Below are positions 7,087 through 16,008 of a stretch of 28,029 nucleotides of DNA, piece after piece. Source of the DNA: a virus (lineage: Duplodnaviria; Caudoviricetes); the IMG/VR virus record IMGVR_UViG_3300008255_000386, positions 1 to 28,029 of that record. One strand, 5' to 3'. Numbering within the stretch: position 1 is the stretch's first letter; each line of letters starts with the position of its first letter. The translations under genes were made by a program, and so were the position numbers. The notes beneath the pieces are model-generated. The model searched no databases. It saw only the letters and a list, made by a program, of their open reading frames with translations, and was not told where the DNA came from.

Positions 7087-9567
7087 TTAACTGGCGCTCC
7101 GGTAACGGCCGCGCATCAGGTTTGAAAGTTCTGGCAGCAGCTCTTTGGCTAACTGCCGGGCAGTTGTCTGGTTGGTAACATTAGGCAGGCTGAGATTGAC
7201 ATCGCCGATGCTGATGCTGGTGGTAGAGGCTGATTGTTGATCGCGGGCCACTTCGCCGCGGTTTTTTACCTGCTCGCCCTGGTGGAGCTGATAAAGTCCG
7301 GTACGCGGGATGTAGCTGGTGCCGACGGCATTAGAGCCGAGGGAGTAACTACCGAAGGGGGCGCTGGGGTCAGACCCGCCGCCAATAGTCGAGGGCGCGG
7401 ACGAGGCGGCGCCGGGAACATTGCTGATATAATCGGCGGTGATCGTGATGGTTTTATCCCGCAGTTGATCGAGGGCGTTTTTGATACTGGCGATCGGGCT
7501 GCTGGCCTGGTCGTTGAGTGCCAGGGTGACGGTTTTGTTGAGCGCAAAAATCTGCTCATCAAGGGTGCTTATTTGGGACTGCAGGTCTGACATCGCCTGA
7601 TTAGCCCGGTCCATCTCGGTTTGCAGGAAGGCCGCCGCCTGTTGCGCCTGGCCCAGCTCGGCCTGTTTAGCCGACTCTGAAGCGGCCTGCATCTCGTTAA
7701 AACGTGACAGCGCTTGATCATAAATTGCCAGTGAGCTGATCACCACCTGGTCGCCCGCTTTAACCTCGGTCGGCAACGCCTTCAGTTTGTTCATGGCTGC
7801 CTGCAGCAGCTCAACCCGCTTTTGGCCGGTGGCAGCCATGGCCCGCACTTGATCGGCGTCAATCTGGTCCAGCGCGGTAAAATACTGCTCCATGGGGCCA
7901 AGAGCCTCGGCGGGGTTAAATTTCTCGGTCAGGGCCGCCTGCAGATCGGCCCCGAACTTCTTGACGGCGAGCAGCTCTTCCTGCTTTTTTTGCATATCAG
8001 CAAGGGTGGTGGTGTGCATTGCCCTGAGCTTGTCGTAATACGACTGCCAGCCCTTGAGGCGCGCTTCGGCGGCAAGTTTCTCAACATTGGCAATATTAAG
8101 CTGTTGTTGCAGCTGCGCGGCCTGATCGGCGCCCATATCTTTAAGGGTGTCTGCAATCGCGCGCTGCGCGCTGAGCTGCTGGCCATAAACCTGGCTGAGG
8201 ACGCTTAAATAGCTGCGGATCGGCGCGGCCAGGTTGGCGGCGGCGGTACCGGTTTTTTTTAAAAACTGCTCCTGGCGTTCGAGGTCGCTGCTGAATTTTG
8301 AATCGGAAAGTTTCAGCTGCTCACGGCCGAGCTCGGCCAGGCTTTTGCTGTATTTGTCGATGGCGGTTGCGGCCAGTTTGGTGGCCTCTTCCTGTTTTTT
8401 GGCGGTCTCTTCGGCGATTTTGGTGGCCTCTTCGGATTGCTTGGCGGCGAGCTGTTTCGCCGCTAGGGCCTTGCCTGCAGCGGTTACCGTGGCGTCTAAG
8501 TTGGTGGCCTGCATTTTTTTGAGTTTTTCGCTGGCGCTATCGGCGCCGGTGAACATCCACTCAATAAATCCGATCCGGCCCGACTGGTAGGCATCCAGCC
8601 AGCCGGTGGTGGCGCTGAGCTCTTGAGCCAAACCGGACATCGGCCCGGAAAGCAGAGCGCCCAACGATTGCTTGGCATTGTCGACATTGGCACTAAACTC
8701 GGCAAATTTTTCAGCCTCAGTCTTTGCATTGGCACCGACGCTCTCGATTATTTTCTGACCGGCGGCGAGTGTGGCATTGAGGAACGCCTGTTTTTTTTCG
8801 ACATCATTTAAAGCGGCGGCGGTTTTTCCGAGGGTGGCGGCATAGGCCGCATTGGCTTTATCAACCGGCACGATGATCCCCAAGTTATCAAGAATCATTT
8901 TTGATTGCCGACCGACGGCCAGCGAAAGATCACCGAAGCTCTTAGTGATGGTGGCGCCGGTAATTCTTGACGAGGCGCGGGCTATCTCCATTAATTTGGG
9001 CAGCACTTTCGCATCGATCCCAAGCAACATCGAGGTTCCGGCGTTGGTCACCAGGTCCTGCACCGAAATTGTTTCGGCGCTGACGCGGCGCAGATCGGCA
9101 ATGATCTGATCGGCAGATGCCCCCTGGCTGGCAGCCAGATTAGCAAACGCCTGACCGCCCTGCCGAGATTGCGCGCTCGATTCCACCAACGCCCAGGCGC
9201 GAGTCACCGCTAAATATGCGGCACCCATGGCAGCGGTCGCGCCGAGCCAGTTGGCTTTAAATTTTTGCAACAATCCTTCGCGTTTACTAAACTGCTCGGT
9301 ATCTATCGCGATCAATCGGCTGGCCAGGGCTTTTTGTGACCGGCCGAGCTCATCCGCCGTCGCTGACCCGCTGGATTTGATTTTGTCATAAGCCGACTGG
9401 GCGGCTTTGCGCTTATTGTCAAACGCCTGCGACGAGACGATCCCGAGCTGCTTGAAGTCGCGCTCGAGCCGATCAGTGACATCGTGGCCGGTGCGTTGCA
9501 GCTCGCGAATCGCCGCTTCAGCTTTGGCGGCGCTGGCGCCGATCAGCAATTTAATGTCCTTGGCCAT
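7087..9567 (-). CDS. Tail tape measure protein
   Basis: About 826 aa, Ala/Gln-rich and helical; SKMILDNLGI motif; C-terminal GTSYIPRTGLYQLHQGEQV; follows the chaperone genes. Confidence 0.9.
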   Translation of the reverse strand: MAKDIKLLIGASAAKAEAAIRELQRTGHDVTDRLERDFKQLGIVSSQAFDNKRKAAQSAYDKIKSSGSATADELGRSQKALASRLIAIDTEQFSKREGLLQKFKANWLGATAAMGAAYLAVTRAWALVESSAQSRQGGQAFANLAASQGASADQIIADLRRVSAETISVQDLVTNAGTSMLLGIDAKVLPKLMEIARASSRITGATITKSFGDLSLAVGRQSKMILDNLGIIVPVDKANAAYAATLGKTAAALNDVEKKQAFLNATLAAGQKIIESVGANAKTEAEKFAEFSANVDNAKQSLGALLSGPMSGLAQELSATTGWLDAYQSGRIGFIEWMFTGADSASEKLKKMQATNLDATVTAAGKALAAKQLAAKQSEEATKIAEETAKKQEEATKLAATAIDKYSKSLAELGREQLKLSDSKFSSDLERQEQFLKKTGTAAANLAAPIRSYLSVLSQVYGQQLSAQRAIADTLKDMGADQAAQLQQQLNIANVEKLAAEARLKGWQSYYDKLRAMHTTTLADMQKKQEELLAVKKFGADLQAALTEKFNPAEALGPMEQYFTALDQIDADQVRAMAATGQKRVELLQAAMNKLKALPTEVKAGDQVVISSLAIYDQALSRFNEMQAASESAKQAELGQAQQAAAFLQTEMDRANQAMSDLQSQISTLDEQIFALNKTVTLALNDQASSPIASIKNALDQLRDKTITITADYISNVPGAASSAPSTIGGGSDPSAPFGSYSLGSNAVGTSYIPRTGLYQLHQGEQVKNRGEVARDQQSASTTSISIGDVNLSLPNVTNQTTARQLAKELLPELSNLMRGRYRSAS

Positions 9568-9860
9568 CAGCATCCCTTTCTGGTTTTAACTCGGTTTCAA
9601 CCAGCGCCAACAGGCGCAGGTCATCCAGGTCAGCATCAAATAACCGGCAGATGGTGCCGGGGTCGATCAGGCGCTGCAGCTGCACGATCCGGCTACGGAT
9701 TTCAAGCACCCTCTGCCCCGCGGGGCGGAGGGACGGGATCAGGCAGCCGCTCTCGGTTTGACAATTCGGGGTGAGTCCGTCCATCTCCTGCGCGGTTGCA
9801 CAGTCGTCGCAATTTACGCCGGGGTAATCGGCGACGGCGCGGAGATGGTCGATAAGTTTT
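9551..9860 (-). CDS. Tail assembly chaperone, frameshift extension (gpGT-like)
   Basis: The -1 frame KLIDHLRAVADYPGVNCDDC... opens at the A AAA AAC slippery site and runs up to the tape measure start. Confidence 0.7.
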
Positions 9861-10230
9861 TTTCCGTTACCGCGCGCTCGGCGGCGAGCATCCGCTCGAA
9901 ACTGAGCGGCGTACCGATAACCAGCAGCCGGAACTCCGTCAATTTTTCCATCAGGTAATCGATGTTTTCCGGGCTGCAGGGGAAAGGTTGACCGGCGTCG
10001 TCCAGCCCTTGCCAATCCAGCACCACCGCGCGCGCCAGGAGTGAGTTAAACCGCTGCTCGTCGCGCTCTTCCTGTTTTAAGTGAGTTTTGGGGTTGAACG
10101 TGGTCTTGACCGATTGTTTTAAAATGGCATCATATTCGTCCTGGGCCAGATGCCGACACAAAACCTCAACTCCGTCCATCAACGGCAGCCAGACCTGGAT
10201 TTGTTTTTTGCTGATGCGCGAGATATCCAT
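9814..10230 (-). CDS. Tail assembly chaperone (gpG-like)
   Basis: AVVLDWQGL...PFPCSPEN motif; between tail tube and tape measure; ends near EKN. Confidence 0.8.
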   Translation of the reverse strand: MDISRISKKQIQVWLPLMDGVEVLCRHLAQDEYDAILKQSVKTTFNPKTHLKQEERDEQRFNSLLARAVVLDWQGLDDAGQPFPCSPENIDYLMEKLTEFRLLVIGTPLSFERMLAAERAVTEKNLSTISAPSPITPA

Positions 10231-10243
10231 ACTTTTAAACCTC

Positions 10244-10318
10244 GTGAGGTGTGAGGGGTGAGAAGTGAGGTGTAAAGACAAGGCCTTGCGGCTCACTCCT
10301 TACGCCTCACTCCTCACC
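10244..10318. repeat. GTGAGGN heptamer array with inverted partner arm
   Basis: Five units at 10244-10278 and four inverted units (CCTCACN-like) at 10291-10318. Confidence 0.85.
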
Positions 10319-10322
10319 GGGC

Positions 10323-11372
10323 CTAAGCCAGCGGGTTGGTGGCGCGCTGGTTGATGCCGCTGATGCGGAAAGGCTTGGTGATCCCGGTCATACCGGCAGG
10401 CGCGACCGAGGCGGCATGGACCAGAAACTCAACCGGTTCCTTGATTATTCCGGTTTCATCGACCACATCGACCGTTTTAAGCTGCAGATGCGGAAACTCG
10501 AGCTTGAACTGGCGGTAATAGGTCGAGGCGATCAGCGCGCCGGTAAAGGTGATATCCATTTTTTTACGGGTATCGGCGCCCAGGTCAGTGAGACGGGTCT
10601 TGCCGGTGTGCTTTGGAAATTGCAGCTTGAGGGTCACTTCGGGCATGCCGTCGTTGACCGGCTCGTCGATCAGGTCCTGGCTGTTGGCGCCGCCGGTAAC
10701 AAAGCTGCCGTAGGTGCCGGTTAGCTTGCGCTTGGCGCTGAGCTCAAAGCTGCTGGGGCCGATCTTGTCGCCGACCGCCAACGCAATACCGCTCTGATCG
10801 TTCATGCGGAACACGCCCTGGGCAAACTGGATGCGGTTAGCGACCTCGGCAATGGTCACGTTTAAGAAACTGGTGGCGTTGTTGGTGCCGTCCTCCGCCA
10901 TGTTATCGCCGATACCGGTGGCAATAAGCTGCAGCGGCTTGCCCTGCTCACCTTTAATCGTCAGGCCGGAAATCTTGAGGCTCGGCACCTCGGCGACATA
11001 GGTTTTCAAATGTTTGGCAAAGGTCGCAAACAGGCCGTCGGTGTTGTCGGCCAGATCATAGCTGTAAGCGTAAGCGGCGGTGGCGGCCTGCTGCACCGGC
11101 GCGCCGGTGATCCCCATAAACAGCGCGATCAGCAGATCCATGCCGTCATAGCGCAGGTAACTGGGGAGATCGCCCTCGACCTTAATCGCGCCGGGCGTAC
11201 CGTCTTTGGCCCAGAACTGGCCGAGGGAGTCATCGACATCAACCCCGGCATCGCGCTTGATGCCGGTCGGCAACAGCAGCAGGCCATCACTGGCCCCGCA
11301 GGCAACAGGCGTGCCCCAGGTGGCGGCTTTTTTAAGCCCAAATTTTAACTCTGTCCCGGCAACTGCGCTCAT
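10323..11372 (-). CDS. Major tail tube protein
   Basis: 349 aa; N-terminal KKAATWGTP; position upstream of the chaperones; no sheath gene. Confidence 0.8.
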   Translation of the reverse strand: MSAVAGTELKFGLKKAATWGTPVACGASDGLLLLPTGIKRDAGVDVDDSLGQFWAKDGTPGAIKVEGDLPSYLRYDGMDLLIALFMGITGAPVQQAATAAYAYSYDLADNTDGLFATFAKHLKTYVAEVPSLKISGLTIKGEQGKPLQLIATGIGDNMAEDGTNNATSFLNVTIAEVANRIQFAQGVFRMNDQSGIALAVGDKIGPSSFELSAKRKLTGTYGSFVTGGANSQDLIDEPVNDGMPEVTLKLQFPKHTGKTRLTDLGADTRKKMDITFTGALIASTYYRQFKLEFPHLQLKTVDVVDETGIIKEPVEFLVHAASVAPAGMTGITKPFRISGINQRATNPLA

Positions 11373-11375
11373 GGC

Positions 11376-11567
11376 TTAGATCTCCTTTTTGTGAGTAGCG
11401 GCGGATTTTTGCTCCCAGGGCGCCAGCCAGCCTTTGCTGGGACGCTCGAACAGCTGCTCGCCAAAATGATTAGGGTCGATGGTGTAGGTTTTACCGGCGA
11501 TGATCTGCCCGTAGAGCGGGTGATGTCCGCCGTTGATCCTGGCTTTAACGTTGATAAATTTGCTCAT
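11376..11567 (-). CDS. Small hypothetical protein
   Basis: 63 aa, GGAGG RBS, fills the gap in the operon. Confidence 0.65.
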   Translation of the reverse strand: MSKFINVKARINGGHHPLYGQIIAGKTYTIDPNHFGEQLFERPSKGWLAPWEQKSAATHKKEI

Positions 11568-11583
11568 AGGGATATGGCCTCCA

Positions 11584-12003
11584 TTAGCGTGCGGCTAGAT
11601 TTTTTTTGTCGACCGAGCGCGCGATGCTGTACCCGGTGTAGCCGATTCCGAAAGTTGCCCAGAGCCCGTCCGGGATCGCCGCCAGCCAGGCTTGCATACC
11701 GGCGGCAACCGCCGTGGCGGCCTCGGGTTTGAGATACGCCAGACCCCCCATCGGGATGCTGAATAAAATCATGATATAGATCACATACATAAATGAGGGG
11801 CGCGCGCGACTGGTATAAGGGTCAGCGCTTTTGGCCTCGGCGATGATCGCCGACATCCTTATTTCGAGCTCCTTAAGTTCACCGGCCTGCTGCAGGCTGA
11901 TTAATTTGGCTTGGGCGGCGGCCTTTTCGGTCGGGTCGGGAAAAAGCTTATCGAGCACCTTGGCCCCAAAATCAAACGCCGAGCCTAGTCCGGTCAGATC
12001 CAT
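11584..12003 (-). CDS. Holin (3TM/GTA-type)
   Basis: LDKLFPDP..KAAA, AEAKS, RARP, GYTGY..ARSVDK motifs; coupled to the endolysin. Confidence 0.85.
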   Translation of the reverse strand: MDLTGLGSAFDFGAKVLDKLFPDPTEKAAAQAKLISLQQAGELKELEIRMSAIIAEAKSADPYTSRARPSFMYVIYIMILFSIPMGGLAYLKPEAATAVAAGMQAWLAAIPDGLWATFGIGYTGYSIARSVDKKNLAAR

Positions 12004-12410
12004 CAGCGTGCCTTTCGCCAGTCGGCCAGTTCGAAATGCGGAAAATCATCAAAACGGTTGTCCGAGAGATGGGTGTCGCGGTTCCAGTCGCCGCCCCATT
12101 TTAGTTCAATCCCCATCGCCTGCGCGGTCGCCATGACGAACCCGGCGAAGTAGATCATGCGCTCGGTGTCCTGCCAGTCGACCGGATAGGGGATGACATC
12201 AATTGCTAAAGCGGGTGAAAAATTATGCGGGCTCTCCCCGAAGCGCGCCTTGCTCTTGCCGGTCTCAAACGCCAGCTGCTGAGCGGCCCTATCGCGCTGG
12301 CCACAAATCACACTGCAATCGAAGGTTTTCACCACCTCCAGAAACACCCGCTGCAACAGCGGCTGGCAGGTCTGCAATTTCGTCCGTGAGCTTTTCCCAA
12401 ACTCAGCCAT
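12003..12410 (-). CDS. Endolysin, M15-family L-Ala-D-Glu peptidase
   Basis: SPHN...AID, WGGDW and DFPHFEL motifs. Confidence 0.9.
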   Translation of the reverse strand: MAEFGKSSRTKLQTCQPLLQRVFLEVVKTFDCSVICGQRDRAAQQLAFETGKSKARFGESPHNFSPALAIDVIPYPVDWQDTERMIYFAGFVMATAQAMGIELKWGGDWNRDTHLSDNRFDDFPHFELADWRKAR

Positions 12411-12696
12411 GCGCTGCACCGTTTTTGACCAGCCAGACCAGCAGACCAAAGATTGACCCGACACCGCTGGTGTACAGTACGACCCAGGCGCGGCTAGCTG
12501 CGGAGCCTGGGGCTTTTTCGAGTTCCTGAATTCTGGTTTCGTGTTTGATCATCCAGTTCCTGAGATCGGCAATCGATTTATCGAGATGCTCAATGTCGTT
12601 TCTTTGCACGGCAATCTGCGCGACCACGTTGCCGATACTGTCAATTTTGTGTTCGATGCGGACAAAAGCCGGGCCTTGTGTACATGGGTCTGACAT
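12403..12696 (-). CDS. Coiled-coil protein with C-terminal transmembrane helix (lysis-associated)
   Basis: TGATG coupling; hydrophobic C-terminus; precedes the endolysin. Confidence 0.6.
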   Translation of the reverse strand: MSDPCTQGPAFVRIEHKIDSIGNVVAQIAVQRNDIEHLDKSIADLRNWMIKHETRIQELEKAPGSAASRAWVVLYTSGVGSIFGLLVWLVKNGAAHG

Positions 12697-13196
12697 CAAT
12701 AAGCTCCCCAGATCGTCGCATAGAAAAGGGTAAAATGGATTTCAACAAAACTTAAAAAACCACCCTCGCCGGCTGGCTCAACCGTGGTTGAGGATTTGAT
12801 AGCGCCTTCGACCCCTTCGACCAGACCGCCAAAGGTGCGATCCTGATTGATAGCGTGGATAAAGTCCTGACGCAGCTTCTGCCCTTCGCTACCCGCAGCG
12901 CTGTCATTGATAAACCCCTCAACCTTGATTTCAAAAAAATGATTCTCTTCGCCGAGCGAGGGCGGGGTATCGCCATCCAGGGTGTCGGTGACGTCGCCCG
13001 TATAGACGATGGTGCAGGGCTTTTCAGGGGGAGCCGTCTGATACTCCAGATTTAAAAAACTGTTGGCGCCGGCATCGGTCTGAAAAATATTATCGACATA
13101 ATCACCCAGCGAATAACCGACCTCAATGTACGGGGTAACCCGGATCTGGCTGAACCTCAGCTGCAGCGCGGCGATGATGTCATCGTAGCGGCTCAT
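12696..13196 (-). CDS. Tail terminator/completion protein
   Basis: DRTFGGL motif; position after the head-tail joining gene. Confidence 0.65.
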   Translation of the reverse strand: MSRYDDIIAALQLRFSQIRVTPYIEVGYSLGDYVDNIFQTDAGANSFLNLEYQTAPPEKPCTIVYTGDVTDTLDGDTPPSLGEENHFFEIKVEGFINDSAAGSEGQKLRQDFIHAINQDRTFGGLVEGVEGAIKSSTTVEPAGEGGFLSFVEIHFTLFYATIWGAY

Positions 13197-13493
13197 CTAT
13201 TTAACCAATACAAAACGGGTTAAGGCGCCGGTGTTTTTCGGTTCGCCAAACTGGCGGTAGTCGATACCGTCGAGCGTCAGCGTGTGGCGTCGATCAAGAC
13301 CTGAGACCTCTGGCGTTTTACACCAGACCTCGGGTCGACTTATCAGGGTCTCGGCCTCGTAGGGAGAGACCACCTCACTGGATGGATTAAACAAACAGTT
13401 GAGCGTGGCGACGCTGCTGCCATCCAGTTTAAAGGTGACAGGCTGCCCGAAGGCGCTAAAAATGGCGGTGGTCGGCACGTCGATCATGATCAT
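13197..13493 (-). CDS. Head-tail joining protein (gpFII-like)
   Basis: 98 aa, FGQPVTF...LTLDGIDY; synteny. Confidence 0.65.
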   Translation of the reverse strand: MIMIDVPTTAIFSAFGQPVTFKLDGSSVATLNCLFNPSSEVVSPYEAETLISRPEVWCKTPEVSGLDRRHTLTLDGIDYRQFGEPKNTGALTRFVLVK

Positions 13494-13511
13494 CCACTAC
13501 AAATAAAGGCT

Positions 13512-13549
13512 AAAAAAATGCGGGGCAGTCAGAGAGTTAACCGCCCCGC
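13512..13549 (-). terminator. Intrinsic terminator after the head genes
   Basis: GCGGGGC...GCCCCGC stem followed by ATTTTTTT on the - strand. Confidence 0.65.
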
Positions 13550-13562
13550 TATGGGGCTATTT

Positions 13563-13892
13563 TTATGCGTTGAGATTGACCCTTACGGTTGACGACCCGG
13601 CGAGCTCCGCCTCGGTGGCATAGCCGGCCAGGGTTTGCGCGGTCGCGGTTTTGTCGAGCTCGGTGGCGGCGCTGTTGCAGTAGAGCAGGTCGCCCTGGGC
13701 GACAACCAGGGCTGCTTCCTTGGTGACTTCAAACACGCCCTTGACCGCTACTGGACCGGTGGCCCCGATGGCGATATCTGCGCAGGCGACGCCGACCCGC
13801 ACGCCGACTTTGACCAGGGCACCACTGGCGATGGCGCTGCCGGTGGCGTTGGTGTAGGTGATGCGCTCACCTTTTTGGATATAGTTTTTCAT
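13563..13892 (-). CDS. DUF2190-family capsid cement/decoration protein
   Basis: MKNYIQKG...GVA..DIAIGATG....GVF...K motif directly after the capsid gene. Confidence 0.85.
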   Translation of the reverse strand: MKNYIQKGERITYTNATGSAIASGALVKVGVRVGVACADIAIGATGPVAVKGVFEVTKEAALVVAQGDLLYCNSAATELDKTATAQTLAGYATEAELAGSSTVRVNLNA

Positions 13893-13922
13893 GGTTAATC
13901 TCCTGTTTTTAAAGGGTTAAGG

Positions 13923-13953
13923 CTGCCAGCCGGGTTTATGCTCCGGCTGGCAG
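13923..13953. other. 11-bp perfect hairpin after the capsid gene
   Basis: CTGCCAGCCGG / CCGGCTGGCAG. Confidence 0.6.
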
Positions 13954-13972
13954 GTTGTTATTAATCGGCCGA

Positions 13973-16006
13973 TCAGGCACCGGAGTTTTTGGCCATGCCG
14001 CGCCAGTCGACTGCTTTAGCCGCGGCGTCGATGCGGGTTTTAAATTCAACCCCGTCGATACTCCAGCCCTGCTTGGTCTCCAGGTAGGGCGTGCGGTTGC
14101 CGTTGAGGTAGAAGATTTTGATGGTCTTACCCTTTGGCCCCAGGGCATACCAGGCGGTTACGCTGTCATCATCGAGACGCGCATCATAAACCCGGCCGTA
14201 TTTGGTGCCGGCGAAGGGGTTGGTGCGGGTGGTGGCGGTATCGGCCCCGGCAAACTGGTTGCTGTTGAAGAAAACCTCAGCAGCACCTTTGACCGACAGC
14301 GGCGCCAGGATGGTGCGCACCGGGAGATTCAGACGGCGCTTGCCGCTGATATCCTTTTGCAAGCCGAGCAGCTCCTCCATTTGCGCCATGGTGGTTTCGC
14401 TGATCGCGCCGGTGGTGCCAAGATTGCCGTGGGTGGAATGGAACAGGGCAACGCCATCGCCCATGGCGGCGTTGGCGGTGAGCACGGCGTAAGCGATGTC
14501 GCCGACCTTGCGCGCGGCGGACTCACCGCGGCGCTGGAACGCGGTGGTAATCGCGCCGAGCTCATCGTTGATGATCGCCTGGCGGCCGATGCGGTTCAGT
14601 TTGCCGTAGGTGGCAAGTTTGAATTGCTCCGACTGCTCACCGAGACTGCCGTATTTGTACTCGTTGTCATCGTCGATCTCGTCGAGATCATCGGTTTCAC
14701 CGGCGCGGGCCAGGGTGTGGATTTTGAAATCTGATACACTGCCGGAGGCGTCGGCCCACTGCTCAAAGGTCTCCTCGGCGGCATCCCAGCCGGCCATCAG
14801 GCTGAGGTTGGCGACGTTGCCGAGCAGGATTGGGAAATCAGAGGTGGTCAGCGCACGGCCGACCATCTGCATGGCAGCGCCGGTGTGTTGCCGACCGGCC
14901 ATGCGCAATGACTCGCGGGCCATCTCCACCAGCGAGTAGCCGCGCAGATCGAGGGCACCGGGTGCGGCCTTGCTGTGGTCGGTGATCAGACCGGCGCGTA
15001 ACAGGATCGCGTCTTGACCGGCGGCGCGGAATTTGTCGGTGGCATCGGCACCGATGACGATTTCGCCGCGATGCCCGACGTTTTGCCCGCTGGTCTCTTC
15101 GCCCATGTGCTTTTTCATGACGGCGGCACGGGCTTCATCCTCGGATTTTCCGCCGGTGATCAGTTCACTGGCCAGATCGGCATAGCCGTAATGGTCGCAC
15201 ATGCTGCGGATGTTTTCGCGGCGGTCAACCTCGGCGCGGGTCGCATCGGTCGCCATCTTGCGAGCTTCATCGACGGTCATGGTGTCGCCAGCTTCTTCGC
15301 TGCGGACGTCAAGGGTTTCAAGGAAGCGCAAGGCCTCCTCTTCGGTGGCTGTTTTGGACAGGCCACGGCTTTCCAGAAATGCTCTGATTTTCTGATCCAT
15401 TGCGTTCTCCTTTTTTGAATGGATATGTGGTTGTGGCAACCCCGTGGCCGCCCGTGCTTTAGCAATTTCGTCAGCCCCGATGGGACAGGCGGATAATTCG
15501 CGGATCTTCCAGCTGGTCGCGACCTTGACCGGGCCTTCGAAGCTGCGACCGTCGATCACGGCTTTTTCCCCGTCGGGGATATATGTTGCCGCGAGGACGC
15601 GATAGCCGATGCTGTAATCGGTCAGGTGCCCTTCGCAGGTTTTTTGCCAGATATCGCCGACTGCTTCAACCTCGCTGTAGTGCGCGCGGCCGACCAGCTG
15701 CCCCTTCTCGACCTGCAGTTCGCGGCAAGAACCGATCACCGTGCTGGTGTCGTACCGGCTATGGCTGTCGAGCAGCGGCACCTGGCGGCTGGCTGGCATG
15801 ATGCAGCCGGACATCAACAGCACCTCGGGGATAACCTCCCGGCGGTCATAGTCATAAACATCAACCGGGGTTTCGGTGGCGGCGATCACCCCGACCGAGC
15901 GGGTTTTTTCGTCGAGCGTCGCCGGGGTGCCGGTATCGAGCAGCCGCAAACTCAGGCTGCGCGTGGTTAAATTGTGTTGCTCGGCGTCCGTTTTTTTAGG
16001 TGGCAT
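13973..16006 (-). CDS. Fused prohead protease / major capsid protein
   Basis: N-terminal PLLDSH, SIGYRV, ELSACPIGAD (HK97-type protease); C-terminal TSDFP, TYGK, RQAIIND, LFHSTHGN, DWRG. Confidence 0.9.
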   Translation of the reverse strand: MPPKKTDAEQHNLTTRSLSLRLLDTGTPATLDEKTRSVGVIAATETPVDVYDYDRREVIPEVLLMSGCIMPASRQVPLLDSHSRYDTSTVIGSCRELQVEKGQLVGRAHYSEVEAVGDIWQKTCEGHLTDYSIGYRVLAATYIPDGEKAVIDGRSFEGPVKVATSWKIRELSACPIGADEIAKARAATGLPQPHIHSKKENAMDQKIRAFLESRGLSKTATEEEALRFLETLDVRSEEAGDTMTVDEARKMATDATRAEVDRRENIRSMCDHYGYADLASELITGGKSEDEARAAVMKKHMGEETSGQNVGHRGEIVIGADATDKFRAAGQDAILLRAGLITDHSKAAPGALDLRGYSLVEMARESLRMAGRQHTGAAMQMVGRALTTSDFPILLGNVANLSLMAGWDAAEETFEQWADASGSVSDFKIHTLARAGETDDLDEIDDDNEYKYGSLGEQSEQFKLATYGKLNRIGRQAIINDELGAITTAFQRRGESAARKVGDIAYAVLTANAAMGDGVALFHSTHGNLGTTGAISETTMAQMEELLGLQKDISGKRRLNLPVRTILAPLSVKGAAEVFFNSNQFAGADTATTRTNPFAGTKYGRVYDARLDDDSVTAWYALGPKGKTIKIFYLNGNRTPYLETKQGWSIDGVEFKTRIDAAAKAVDWRGMAKNSGA

Positions 16007-16008
16007 AT

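Noticed and set aside
11376-12696. Lysis genes between head-tail and tail-tube genes as a novelty
   Set aside because: This placement occurs in other temperate phages and the gene families are ordinary.
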